64,000 nt of DNA from positions 1,536,001 to 1,600,000 of the forward strand of contig CBDCJO010000002.1 of the NCBI GenBank assembly GCA_965217865.1, read 5' to 3'. The DNA is from Candidatus Latescibacterota bacterium (lineage in GTDB: Bacteria; Latescibacterota; UBA2968; SICM01). Shown here in pieces: positions 30,822-39,182 of the stretch (the stretch's first letter is position 1; each line of letters begins with the position of its first letter). The translations under genes were made by a program, and so were the position numbers. Under the pieces are notes generated by a model. It ran no database searches. It was not told the DNA's origin and saw only the letters and a program-made list of their open reading frames with translations.

Positions 30822-30992
30822 ATGGCCAGAATAAGTCCGTGGCATTCTGACGACGATGATGCGATTGTTTACCACGAGTGCACAAACTGCAATACGGGCA
30901 ATAACATCGAGACAGAAAACAGACGCTCGGGCACTGGAGGCAAAGAACAGTGCTTAGAATGTGCACGCCTGATCAGAAACAACAATTGCTAG
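30822..30992 (+). CDS. 56-aa Cys/His-rich putative metal-binding protein (IS passenger)
   Basis: Strong SD AAAGGAGGTGA; YHECTNC...CLEC. Confidence 0.7.
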   Translation: MARISPWHSDDDDAIVYHECTNCNTGNNIETENRRSGTGGKEQCLECARLIRNNNC

Positions 30993-31315
30993 TAGCCCTC
31001 AGGAATTGACGGGACCGGAAGAAAGCGCGGATTAAATTCCATTGCCCAATGCGGTCCCGTCAATTCGTTATCCTGCACACCCCATTCCCTCGACAACTTT
31101 GTAACGGGCAATCCGTGAATCACCGCAACCCCGTAAGCACGAGGACCTTCCCCAACTCCACCACGAAACTCTACCGTTGGCTGGTCGTAAGCATGTCCTT
31201 CTCCACCCTGGCATGACTGGCAAGTTTCTACTCCATTTTTCTGTAGAATCTTAACCACATTTTCAATCTTTGGGTCTAAAATACTATCATGTGGCTTCCT
31301 TGATAAGCTATTCAT
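30989..31315 (-). CDS. Hypothetical IS passenger protein
   Basis: 108 aa; LDPKI..GVETCQSCQGG..H motif; downstream of the transposase. Confidence 0.65.
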   Translation of the reverse strand: MNSLSRKPHDSILDPKIENVVKILQKNGVETCQSCQGGEGHAYDQPTVEFRGGVGEGPRAYGVAVIHGLPVTKLSREWGVQDNELTGPHWAMEFNPRFLPVPSIPEGY

Positions 31316-31437
31316 AAACCCCTTTCCGTGTGAGATATGACAATGCGTCTTTTTCAGTTGTATAGAAATTGATGAGGGTATTGACTACTTGATAAAACAA
31401 CTAGAGAAGGTCCGAAAAAATGCAAAGCGTGCAAAGG

Positions 31438-32322
31438 TCATGCAAAGCATCCCTTCATGAACGTATCAAACGTCCGCTTGTTCTTCCGGTTATTGTATTT
31501 GTAGCACGCTTCGGCCACGTAGAACGGCGTGTAACGCTTCGTGTAGTGATGATGTGAACCGTACCAGGCTCGCTTGAGCAGGGACCATACGCCATCAATC
31601 GTGTTGGTGTGGATATCTCCGTCCGCGTATTGCCTGGCGTGGTGAATCACAGCATGGCTCATGATTTGCCTTACGGTGTTGTAGGCGCTAAATTCGTCCG
31701 TGACAAGCACCGACTCCGAAGGGTCTATCGCCTGTTTGATGAAGGCCAGAACTCCCCTGCCTGACAGATCGTCCGCCACACGGGCAACTACCTTCCCGCC
31801 ACGCTCCACGGCTCCTATAACCGGAGTCTTGCTAGTCCCGCGTCCTCTGGGAGCGTTGCCACCGCCACCTGACTGCCTGTTGCGTTTCCGTGGCTTGCCT
31901 CCTACGTAGGTCTCGTCGGCTTCGACGATCCCGCGCAACAATACCTTCCCCTGCCTTGTTGCCATCTCGGCACGAATCCGCTGTTGCACGTACCATGCGG
32001 ACCGTTGGGTAAGGTTCAGGTCCCGGGCAAGCTGGCAACTGGACAGGCTTTTCTTGGCGTTGACGATCAATGCGATTGCCATAAACCACTTCTGTAGTGG
32101 AAGGTGCGTTCCCTGAAATATTGTCCCAGAAAGGACGTTGAAGCTAGACTTGCAGGCATGGCAGTTCCAACGCCCTATAATGTTTCCCTCTTTCTTTCGA
32201 GCACACTCACCAACAGCACCGCATAACGGACAAAACGGATCATCTCTGAACCTTACCCGCTCAAGATGCTCAATGCATGATTCCTGCGTCGGGAACTTTT
32301 CAATCGCCGTCAACAAGTTCAT
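31438..32322 (-). CDS. IS1595-family (ISXO2-like) transposase
   Basis: Zn ribbon CPLC..CHAC, GTIF, VEADETYVGG, LVTDE, HTNTIDGVWS..KR. Confidence 0.93.
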   Translation of the reverse strand: MNLLTAIEKFPTQESCIEHLERVRFRDDPFCPLCGAVGECARKKEGNIIGRWNCHACKSSFNVLSGTIFQGTHLPLQKWFMAIALIVNAKKSLSSCQLARDLNLTQRSAWYVQQRIRAEMATRQGKVLLRGIVEADETYVGGKPRKRNRQSGGGGNAPRGRGTSKTPVIGAVERGGKVVARVADDLSGRGVLAFIKQAIDPSESVLVTDEFSAYNTVRQIMSHAVIHHARQYADGDIHTNTIDGVWSLLKRAWYGSHHHYTKRYTPFYVAEACYKYNNRKNKRTFDTFMKGCFA

Positions 32323-32532
32323 TTTCCTTCCTCCCTTTTTTTGGTTAAGTTAGTTGTTTTCTCTACACTTAATATAACGAAAAAGGGACCAAAAGTCAAG
32401 CCTTAATCTTCTAATTGCGTATTATAAAGCCCTTCCAGATCGAGGTGATTCAAGCTGAGTGAAGCGAAGCCCGATATTGGAGGAACCGAAATCGGCGTCG
32501 GCATCTTGCGTAGAAGTTGTAATGTAAGACTC

Positions 32533-34143
32533 CTATTTCCTGAGGGCTCCACCGAAGTCGTCCTGATAGGGGGCGGGATCCACCCGGGCATCGATCAGGG
32601 TGGTCCGGTCGGCCCGGATGGCGAGTTTTAGCTCCTTTTCGAACTGCTCCGGAGCGTCTACCGTCACCCCTCTCAATCCACAAGCCTCAGCAATCCGGGC
32701 GAAGTCTACGTCGTGGAGGTCCAATCCGTAGTCGGGCATTCCCCGGGCCTTCTGGCGTGCCTTCATTGTCCCCAGGGCCCGGTCGTTGATGATGATCAGG
32801 GGGACGGCCACACCCGTGCGCGCGAAGACTTCCAGCTCACCCAGGCGCATGAGTAGACTGCCGTCCGCTCCGATACCGGCCATAGGAATCTCGGGCTTGG
32901 CTAGTTTGGCACCGAGGATGGACGGCAACATCAAACCCATCGTACGTCCCCCGGATGTCCCCCAGAACCTATTGGGCCGGTCCACGGGCCAGAACGTATC
33001 CACATAGCGGACGAAGGCACCTGTCTCAGAGAAGAGCATCCCCTCGGCCGGCAACAGGCTTCGTGTTATTTCGAAGATGTCCCGGGCTGCAAGGCGGGCG
33101 TTCGCGGGACGTTTAAAGTTTTGCAGAATTTTTTCGCGAGTTATCCGGATTTGATCCTTCGAAAAGCCCTCCTGGCGGTGCGACGACAAAGATTTGAGGG
33201 AGGCCTTCAGATCCCCGTTCACACGCACTTTCGGATCGGGAGTCAGGGTCTCGTATTCCGGTCTGGCGACAAGCTCACAGGTCGGCAGACCGCTTTTCCA
33301 TGGGACGTGTGTCATCATCGCGTCCACCCCGGCCAACAACACAACGTCCCCCTGATTCAAGATTTCAGTCTCGATTATGTCGGGCGTATACAACCCGAGG
33401 ATCACACCTGCCCATCGCGGATGCGATTCAGGCATGACCCCGCGGGCGTTCATGTTGACCAGGACGGCCGCACCGATGTTCTCAACCAGAGACAGCAGCT
33501 CACCGGTTGCGCCTGCGCGGATCACATCCGCGCCTGCTATGACTACGGGTTTGCGTGCCGTTCGAATCAGCTCGCGGGCGGCAGCGAGCCCGGCCTCTTC
33601 GGGGGGATCGGAGGCCTGCGGGTCATTCACCGGCAGGGGAGGTCCGCAATCCGAACCGCCGAGGTCGGAAGGAAGGTTTAAAAGGACGGGCCCGGGCCGG
33701 CCGTCAATCGCGCGGAACACCGTCTCCGCCAGGGTGGCCGGGGCATCCTCGGGGGTCAGTGTGGCCTGGGACTTGACGACGCCATCGAACAGACCCGAGT
33801 GCCTGCAGTGCTGTACCATTTCGGACTGGGTCACCTCGGATGGTGAAGTTTCGCATAGACAGACAACAGGCGCACGTTCGAAGTAGGTGTTTACGGCACC
33901 CCCGACGAGATTGCCTGCACCGACCCCCTTCACGGACAGGGCGAGACCCGCGGTATCCTTCATGAGGCCGTAGTAGGCGGCCACGATCGCTGCGGAGGAT
34001 TCGTGCGAGATACTCACAAAATCCACACCGAGCCGCCGGCCCGCTTCAATCATGTCCAGAGGGGAGCCGCTGCCTGGCAGACCGAAGAAATGCCGCAAGC
34101 CACGTTCTCTTGCTTCGGCGATGATCAACTCTGCGAGTTTCAT
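32533..34143 (-). CDS. Thiamine-pyrophosphate-dependent enzyme (acetolactate synthase-like)
   Basis: FGLPG, HESSA, RPGPV, ADGS...NDRALG. Confidence 0.88.
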   Translation of the reverse strand: MKLAELIIAEARERGLRHFFGLPGSGSPLDMIEAGRRLGVDFVSISHESSAAIVAAYYGLMKDTAGLALSVKGVGAGNLVGGAVNTYFERAPVVCLCETSPSEVTQSEMVQHCRHSGLFDGVVKSQATLTPEDAPATLAETVFRAIDGRPGPVLLNLPSDLGGSDCGPPLPVNDPQASDPPEEAGLAAARELIRTARKPVVIAGADVIRAGATGELLSLVENIGAAVLVNMNARGVMPESHPRWAGVILGLYTPDIIETEILNQGDVVLLAGVDAMMTHVPWKSGLPTCELVARPEYETLTPDPKVRVNGDLKASLKSLSSHRQEGFSKDQIRITREKILQNFKRPANARLAARDIFEITRSLLPAEGMLFSETGAFVRYVDTFWPVDRPNRFWGTSGGRTMGLMLPSILGAKLAKPEIPMAGIGADGSLLMRLGELEVFARTGVAVPLIIINDRALGTMKARQKARGMPDYGLDLHDVDFARIAEACGLRGVTVDAPEQFEKELKLAIRADRTTLIDARVDPAPYQDDFGGALRK

Positions 34144-34306
34144 GTGTCTTCCTTTATGAAGCGGTGAACCAAGTGTTTTATAAAGAGATTTCCAGAATCC
34201 CTTTTCTCTTGTGTTTGGTTTCAAGGATTCATAATGTTCACTGAAATTCGGGTAGGGCCCGATACTGCAGGGAGGGATTTTATGAAATTAAGCAGGAGGT
34301 CGCAAG

Positions 34307-34705
34307 ATGAATAATCAAAAAAAGACCCCTGGGGTTTCCCTCAGGGTTTTGACATTATGTTTTTTCGTAGTGTTCGGACTGTGGGCTTGCACGAAGTCCC
34401 CAGGTTCCGGTGAAATGCTGGTCAAGTTCTTCTTCGGGGAAGCCGCGATGAAAGATAAGACGCCTGAACCGGGTAAAGGCTGGTTTACGAAAGATTCAAA
34501 GAAAGTGCCGGACTCCGACTTCGACGTGCCCGAAGTCGCGAATGATATCGAGATCGAGGCGAGGATCGATACGACGGGGAAAGAGGTCTGGATCGAGAGG
34601 ATCTATTTCACAGTGAATGATACGCCGCTTACAGAACCGCCTCACATCGAACCTCCCGAAGGTTCGAAACCGAACGATTTGAGGATCAACCTGCTGATGA
34701 AATAG
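34307..34705 (+). CDS. Putative lipoprotein
   Basis: AGGAGG SD; basic plus hydrophobic signal peptide ending in LWAC lipobox. Confidence 0.65.
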   Translation: MNNQKKTPGVSLRVLTLCFFVVFGLWACTKSPGSGEMLVKFFFGEAAMKDKTPEPGKGWFTKDSKKVPDSDFDVPEVANDIEIEARIDTTGKEVWIERIYFTVNDTPLTEPPHIEPPEGSKPNDLRINLLMK

Positions 34706-34755
34706 GGAAGTTCAAGGGGCCCTCCGCTAGCCAGTTTGGCCTCCATAACAATCCA

Positions 34756-37308
34756 TCAGCCGGTGGAGATCTTTATGGTTCCGGGCTTGAAACCGAGTAT
34801 GAGGCCTGAGGGGGTTGTCCGGACGACTCTCGCTCCGTGTATCTTCTTCACGTTGAACCCTGCCATGTCCAGCGCCATGGTGAGATCCAGGTCCGGAGGC
34901 AGTTTTTCCGCGTAGGGGGGAAGCTCGGCTTTTATGATCAGCTCGGTTCCGGTCCAGTCCGTCCTCTCGATCGATGCGAAGGTCCTGGTGATGTGGGGGG
35001 CCGCTTCTCCACCTTTGGATACGCCGACTTTATAGTCTCCCGCCTTGTTCGGAAGGAAGACGAGATCTTCGTCGAAGTAGTGCCAGGGTTCACTGTTCAA
35101 CCGAACTTCACCAAACGGCTCCTTAAATTGAAGACGGGGGGCAAAGATAAGAGGCGTGATTGACATGACCCTGGCGGTGCAGGAATCACCTGAAGGTTTT
35201 GAATCCACGTCTTTCAGCGCAACCGTATACTGACAACCCCAGCCATGTTTCACCACGCCGTCGATAAATCCATACCTGTGGACCACCGCCTTTCCGTTCG
35301 GCTCGAGGTAAACCTTCAGAAAGTCAATTCCCTTTTCTCCCTCACTCGGATTCCCTCCGCGAAACATCCACCATCCGTACTCCTTCACTAGATACGGCCC
35401 GTCATCCGGGTTGGATATCCGAATGGTTTTGACGAGCGGGATCGGGTATTTATTCGTTAAGCTGGCCGTACCTTTATTAAACTCCAGTGGAACATCTTCA
35501 TCCAGCATCGCCTCCCTGAGCAGAGGCATGTCCTCGGACGCATAACGTAAACCCGGGACGACGAATGCCAGTTGGATTTCTTCCTTCCGGACAGCCGGAC
35601 TCTCAAACGCAAGGAGCCTGGAAGGCTCCCAGATAAAGGCAGCACTATTACCTTTTTTCAGGAGAAAGAGGAACAGCGTGGGTTTCGAACCGGAGGCGTC
35701 TTCCAGCCTGAAGATATTTTCGAGATCGGATATGGGCTTGTGGGTGGGCTCATCGTAAGACGCATCGCCAACGATCAGACGGTCATACCCCTCAACCCCT
35801 ATCTGTGTGTGGACCCTTCCACCGAGGGTCCGGAGGGCCCTTTTGATGTTCAGTTGAAAGAAGGGGTTGTCACTAAAAAACAGATACTCCCGGGACTCCC
35901 GTTCGAAGGCATCGGTGATATGTTCAGGATCCGGGTTACGAAAATCCTCCCTCAAAAGGGACTTATACCCCCCGGGCTCCAAAAATGTTACCAATTTTTC
36001 ATAGATCTCCTTCGCGTTTTCCCTTTGAGGCGGGTTTCCCAACTCTCTTTCTCCGGCCGTTCCCTCCGGATCCAGATAGATTGTTTTCACAAGATTTTCT
36101 GCCAGCGGGAAACTCCGGGAATTCGCGTCGAAATGCGCAAGTCCTTCCGGATCGTAGAGGAGCCTGTTTCCCTCTTTTTCCAGGTGTGATACGACCCGCA
36201 TATGATTGTTCTGGATCGAGGATACCTTCCCGGGGGTGATGCTTCCCTCGCTGATTGATATGGCGCACTTGATCGGATCCTGGCTGACCGCAAGCACGAT
36301 CCTTCTCGCCTCGGGCGGGCAGATATTCTCCGACTCGCCCAGCCACCAGATGACGGTCTCGTGGATATCCTCGGGATCCTTTGCCCTGGGTCTGAAATAA
36401 TCGTTGCACTGTTTCAGTATGCGATCCGGAAAAATTCCCCCTGAATGGGCAGCGAAGTAGGTCCCCCAGATCGCACTCGAGATACGGTTCGTCCTCGAAT
36501 TGCCCTGGTAGGTGACGAATATCCTGCTGTAGTCGGTATGCCAGGAATCGTGATCCCTTCTGACCGGAAAGAACTGCCCCTCCGGATCGTTGCCGTCGTG
36601 ACGTCCCTGCGATCCACAGGCATAGAAAGCGATCATATTCGGGGGAACGACTTCAGGGAATATCAGATAGGGTGGGGTCGGGGCTATGAACGCCCCGGGG
36701 TTGTAGCGCCACATCAGGTTATCGGCCTTGACGTAATCCCAGGGGATATCCTCCTCTTTGATGCCGTCCAGGGTTCCCTGCCAACCGTGAGCCAGGGGGT
36801 TCATGAAGTCCCGGGCGATCTTCTCAAGCAGGTTGTAGATGAGTACCAGCTTCCTCGCCTTTTCTTCTTCGGATAGGTCTTTGACCACGTTGTACCATGG
36901 GGCACAGCCGTTCAGGGGAACGTCGTTGAGGTACCAATCGAAAAGCATGTCCCGGGAATGCGCATATTTCGTCAGTTCCATGAGGTTGGCATTGTTCCAC
37001 TTCGGGTCGTAGAGGAACTTGTATTCCATGGACCCCTGATGGCTGCTGACATCAATCGGGTCATCGGGATGCCACTCCATAGGGGTGGCATACCGGTCTA
37101 TCGGTGGCGGGGGGGCCTGGATGTAGACGTCGAGGGAGTTGGATCCCCATTTGTAGCTTTCATCTATGACTTTTCGTTTGAAGTAATCAAGATCCTCGCC
37201 ATACGGCAGATCCCTCTGGTAGTAGAGTCCAGCTTCCCAACCCCAGGCATCGAGGTAGACCCGGCCAGGGTGTTCTTTGAAGAGGGAGGATTGGCTAGAC
37301 GAAGACAT
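34756..37308 (-). CDS. Large hypothetical protein (possible glycoside hydrolase-like N-terminus)
   Basis: 850-aa ORF; KYAHSRDM, DGIKEE. Confidence 0.65.
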   Translation of the reverse strand: MSSSSQSSLFKEHPGRVYLDAWGWEAGLYYQRDLPYGEDLDYFKRKVIDESYKWGSNSLDVYIQAPPPPIDRYATPMEWHPDDPIDVSSHQGSMEYKFLYDPKWNNANLMELTKYAHSRDMLFDWYLNDVPLNGCAPWYNVVKDLSEEEKARKLVLIYNLLEKIARDFMNPLAHGWQGTLDGIKEEDIPWDYVKADNLMWRYNPGAFIAPTPPYLIFPEVVPPNMIAFYACGSQGRHDGNDPEGQFFPVRRDHDSWHTDYSRIFVTYQGNSRTNRISSAIWGTYFAAHSGGIFPDRILKQCNDYFRPRAKDPEDIHETVIWWLGESENICPPEARRIVLAVSQDPIKCAISISEGSITPGKVSSIQNNHMRVVSHLEKEGNRLLYDPEGLAHFDANSRSFPLAENLVKTIYLDPEGTAGERELGNPPQRENAKEIYEKLVTFLEPGGYKSLLREDFRNPDPEHITDAFERESREYLFFSDNPFFQLNIKRALRTLGGRVHTQIGVEGYDRLIVGDASYDEPTHKPISDLENIFRLEDASGSKPTLFLFLLKKGNSAAFIWEPSRLLAFESPAVRKEEIQLAFVVPGLRYASEDMPLLREAMLDEDVPLEFNKGTASLTNKYPIPLVKTIRISNPDDGPYLVKEYGWWMFRGGNPSEGEKGIDFLKVYLEPNGKAVVHRYGFIDGVVKHGWGCQYTVALKDVDSKPSGDSCTARVMSITPLIFAPRLQFKEPFGEVRLNSEPWHYFDEDLVFLPNKAGDYKVGVSKGGEAAPHITRTFASIERTDWTGTELIIKAELPPYAEKLPPDLDLTMALDMAGFNVKKIHGARVVRTTPSGLILGFKPGTIKISTG

Positions 37309-37491
37309 TGAGGAGTCTCCAGGAAAGTGAAAAATGAAAAATGAAAAATCGAAAAAGCAAAGTTGACGGCAGAGCGGAGACCTATCCCCCTGCGCCCCTC
37401 CTTCGACTTCGCTCAGGACGTGGCTTCCCTAAAGGGAAGGGGGATATCGCCTTTATTGTAGACGAACTTTAAACATATGATTTCCCCGAAC

Positions 37492-37932
37492 CTAGAAAAG
37501 AACATACGCCAGACATCCGAACCAAATCGTTGTAAACAGGAGGGGAACGCCGAGTAGATAATATCTCGATGACAGGGAGCCGAAAAAACGAAGCCAGGCC
37601 GGAGCATTTTTTGTCTCTGCCCGGGTGTCAAATACTTGAAATCGGGGATCGTCTTCATACGCGGCCGCGATTTTCTTTGCTTTGAGCTGCCAGGCTTTCT
37701 GAAAGACGCTCGTCCGGCCGATCGACAGGACCCAGATGAATGAAAACACCCCGCCGGTAAGGAAGACGGGCCAGGCGGAGCGGCTGAAACCTCCCGAGAT
37801 CTGAAGAGCGCAGACCAGCAGGGCATTGACAATCAGCAGAACTTGAAACTTACTGGTTTTAACGGGATTTTCTCCGGCCCACAAGTTCACGTAGGTCCTG
37901 TAGGCCTCGTAGTCTTTATTCTCGTCGGCCAT
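37492..37932 (-). CDS. Small 3-TM membrane protein
   Basis: 146 aa with three hydrophobic segments. Confidence 0.65.
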   Translation of the reverse strand: MADENKDYEAYRTYVNLWAGENPVKTSKFQVLLIVNALLVCALQISGGFSRSAWPVFLTGGVFSFIWVLSIGRTSVFQKAWQLKAKKIAAAYEDDPRFQVFDTRAETKNAPAWLRFFGSLSSRYYLLGVPLLFTTIWFGCLAYVLF

Positions 37933-38012
37933 AGCGCCCTCGAATCTGTGTTAGATTCGTTTAACCATTGTGTGGGATCAGCGTTAGTGGCGGGTAATCC
38001 GTAACAACCCTC

Positions 38013-39181
38013 TAGTGTTATGTCCCAGAAATAACTTGACAAAGTAATGGATTCGTCTTATGGTTCCTTATACCCTTATCCAAGGAGGAACCGATGAAAA
38101 TGGGACGTCCATTGCAGCCATTGAACCTTAGTGATGAAGTCCGAAGTGAATTGAAGGCGATATCTGGTTCGCGGATCTTACCGCATTCTTTGGTGCGCCG
38201 TGCGAAGATCATACTGATGAGTGATATCGGACTCACGAATCTACAGATAGGCCAGAAGCTGGGACTGTCCTATGCCGCGATTGGGAAATGGCGTAATCGT
38301 TATTGTGCTCAAGGGCTGATGGGGCTTTACGACGAGATGCGTCCTGGAGGTCCACGTTCAATCTCCGACCAGAAGATTGCCAGGCTCATTGGCAAAACCT
38401 TGAAGACAAAGCCAAGGCATGCAACTCACTGGACCTGTCGGTCCATCGGAGCTGAGACTGGGCTCTCCAAGTCCACCGTTCAGCGAGTCTGGAAAGCCTT
38501 CGGACTTCAACCTCATCGACAGAAACACTTCAGACTCTCAAACGATCCCTTCTTTGTAGAGAAGGTCAGGGACGTTGTCGGGCTCTACCTCAACCCGCCA
38601 GACAATGCTATGGTGCTCTGTGTGGACGAGAAAAGCCAGGTCCAAGCATTAGATCGAACGCAACCGATTCTGCCACTGGGTTTGGGTTACGTCGAAGGCG
38701 TAACTCACAACTACATCAGACACGGGACAACGACGCTGTTTGCTGCTCTAGAGATCGCCTCGGGAAAAGTGTTAACACAATGTAAACCGAGACACCGTCA
38801 TCAGGAATTCCTTCAATTCCTAAAGCACATCGAGGCAAACGTCCCGGAGGATCTCGATATTCACCTGGTCTTGGACAACTATGGCACGCACAAGCACCCT
38901 AAAACCAAACAATGGCTTGCAGCCCGGCCAAGATATCAGGTCCACTATACACCCACTTACGCGTCCTGGCTAAACCAAGTCGAGATCTGGTTCAACATCA
39001 TTACACAAAAGGCAATCCGCCGGGGTTCCTTTCGTAGCGTGAAAGATCTGGTCAATAACATCAAGAAATTCGCCGATCACTACAACTCAAATTCAAAACC
39101 CTTTGTGTGGACTGCCACCGCAGAATCCATCCTCGAAAAGATTAAGCGACTATTTGAACTTATTGGCGGGACACGACACTA
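38013..39181. mobile_element. IS630-family insertion sequence
   Basis: Imperfect IRs TAGTGTTATGTCCCAGAAATAA / TTATTGGCGGGACACGACACTA; TA duplicated at a CTAG target. Confidence 0.88.
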
Positions 39182-39182
39182 G
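38094..39182 (+). CDS. IS630-family transposase
   Basis: VLCVDEKSQ, YIRHGTTTLFAAL, LDNYGTH, SWLNQVEIWF. Confidence 0.95.
   Translation: MKMGRPLQPLNLSDEVRSELKAISGSRILPHSLVRRAKIILMSDIGLTNLQIGQKLGLSYAAIGKWRNRYCAQGLMGLYDEMRPGGPRSISDQKIARLIGKTLKTKPRHATHWTCRSIGAETGLSKSTVQRVWKAFGLQPHRQKHFRLSNDPFFVEKVRDVVGLYLNPPDNAMVLCVDEKSQVQALDRTQPILPLGLGYVEGVTHNYIRHGTTTLFAALEIASGKVLTQCKPRHRHQEFLQFLKHIEANVPEDLDIHLVLDNYGTHKHPKTKQWLAARPRYQVHYTPTYASWLNQVEIWFNIITQKAIRRGSFRSVKDLVNNIKKFADHYNSNSKPFVWTATAESILEKIKRLFELIGGTRH

Larger units (their letters stand above)
30616..32419. mobile_element. IS1595-family element carrying passenger genes
   Basis: 28-bp perfect TIR CGCAATTAGAAGATTAAGGCTTGACTTT; 8-bp TSD TATTATAA at 30608-30615 and 32420-32427; lower GC. 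Confidence 0.93.

Noticed and set aside
3720-39178. Region between the two GHL10 paralogs as a prophage or integrative element
   Set aside because: No integrase, phage or conjugation genes; the paralogs are diverged genes, not att sites.
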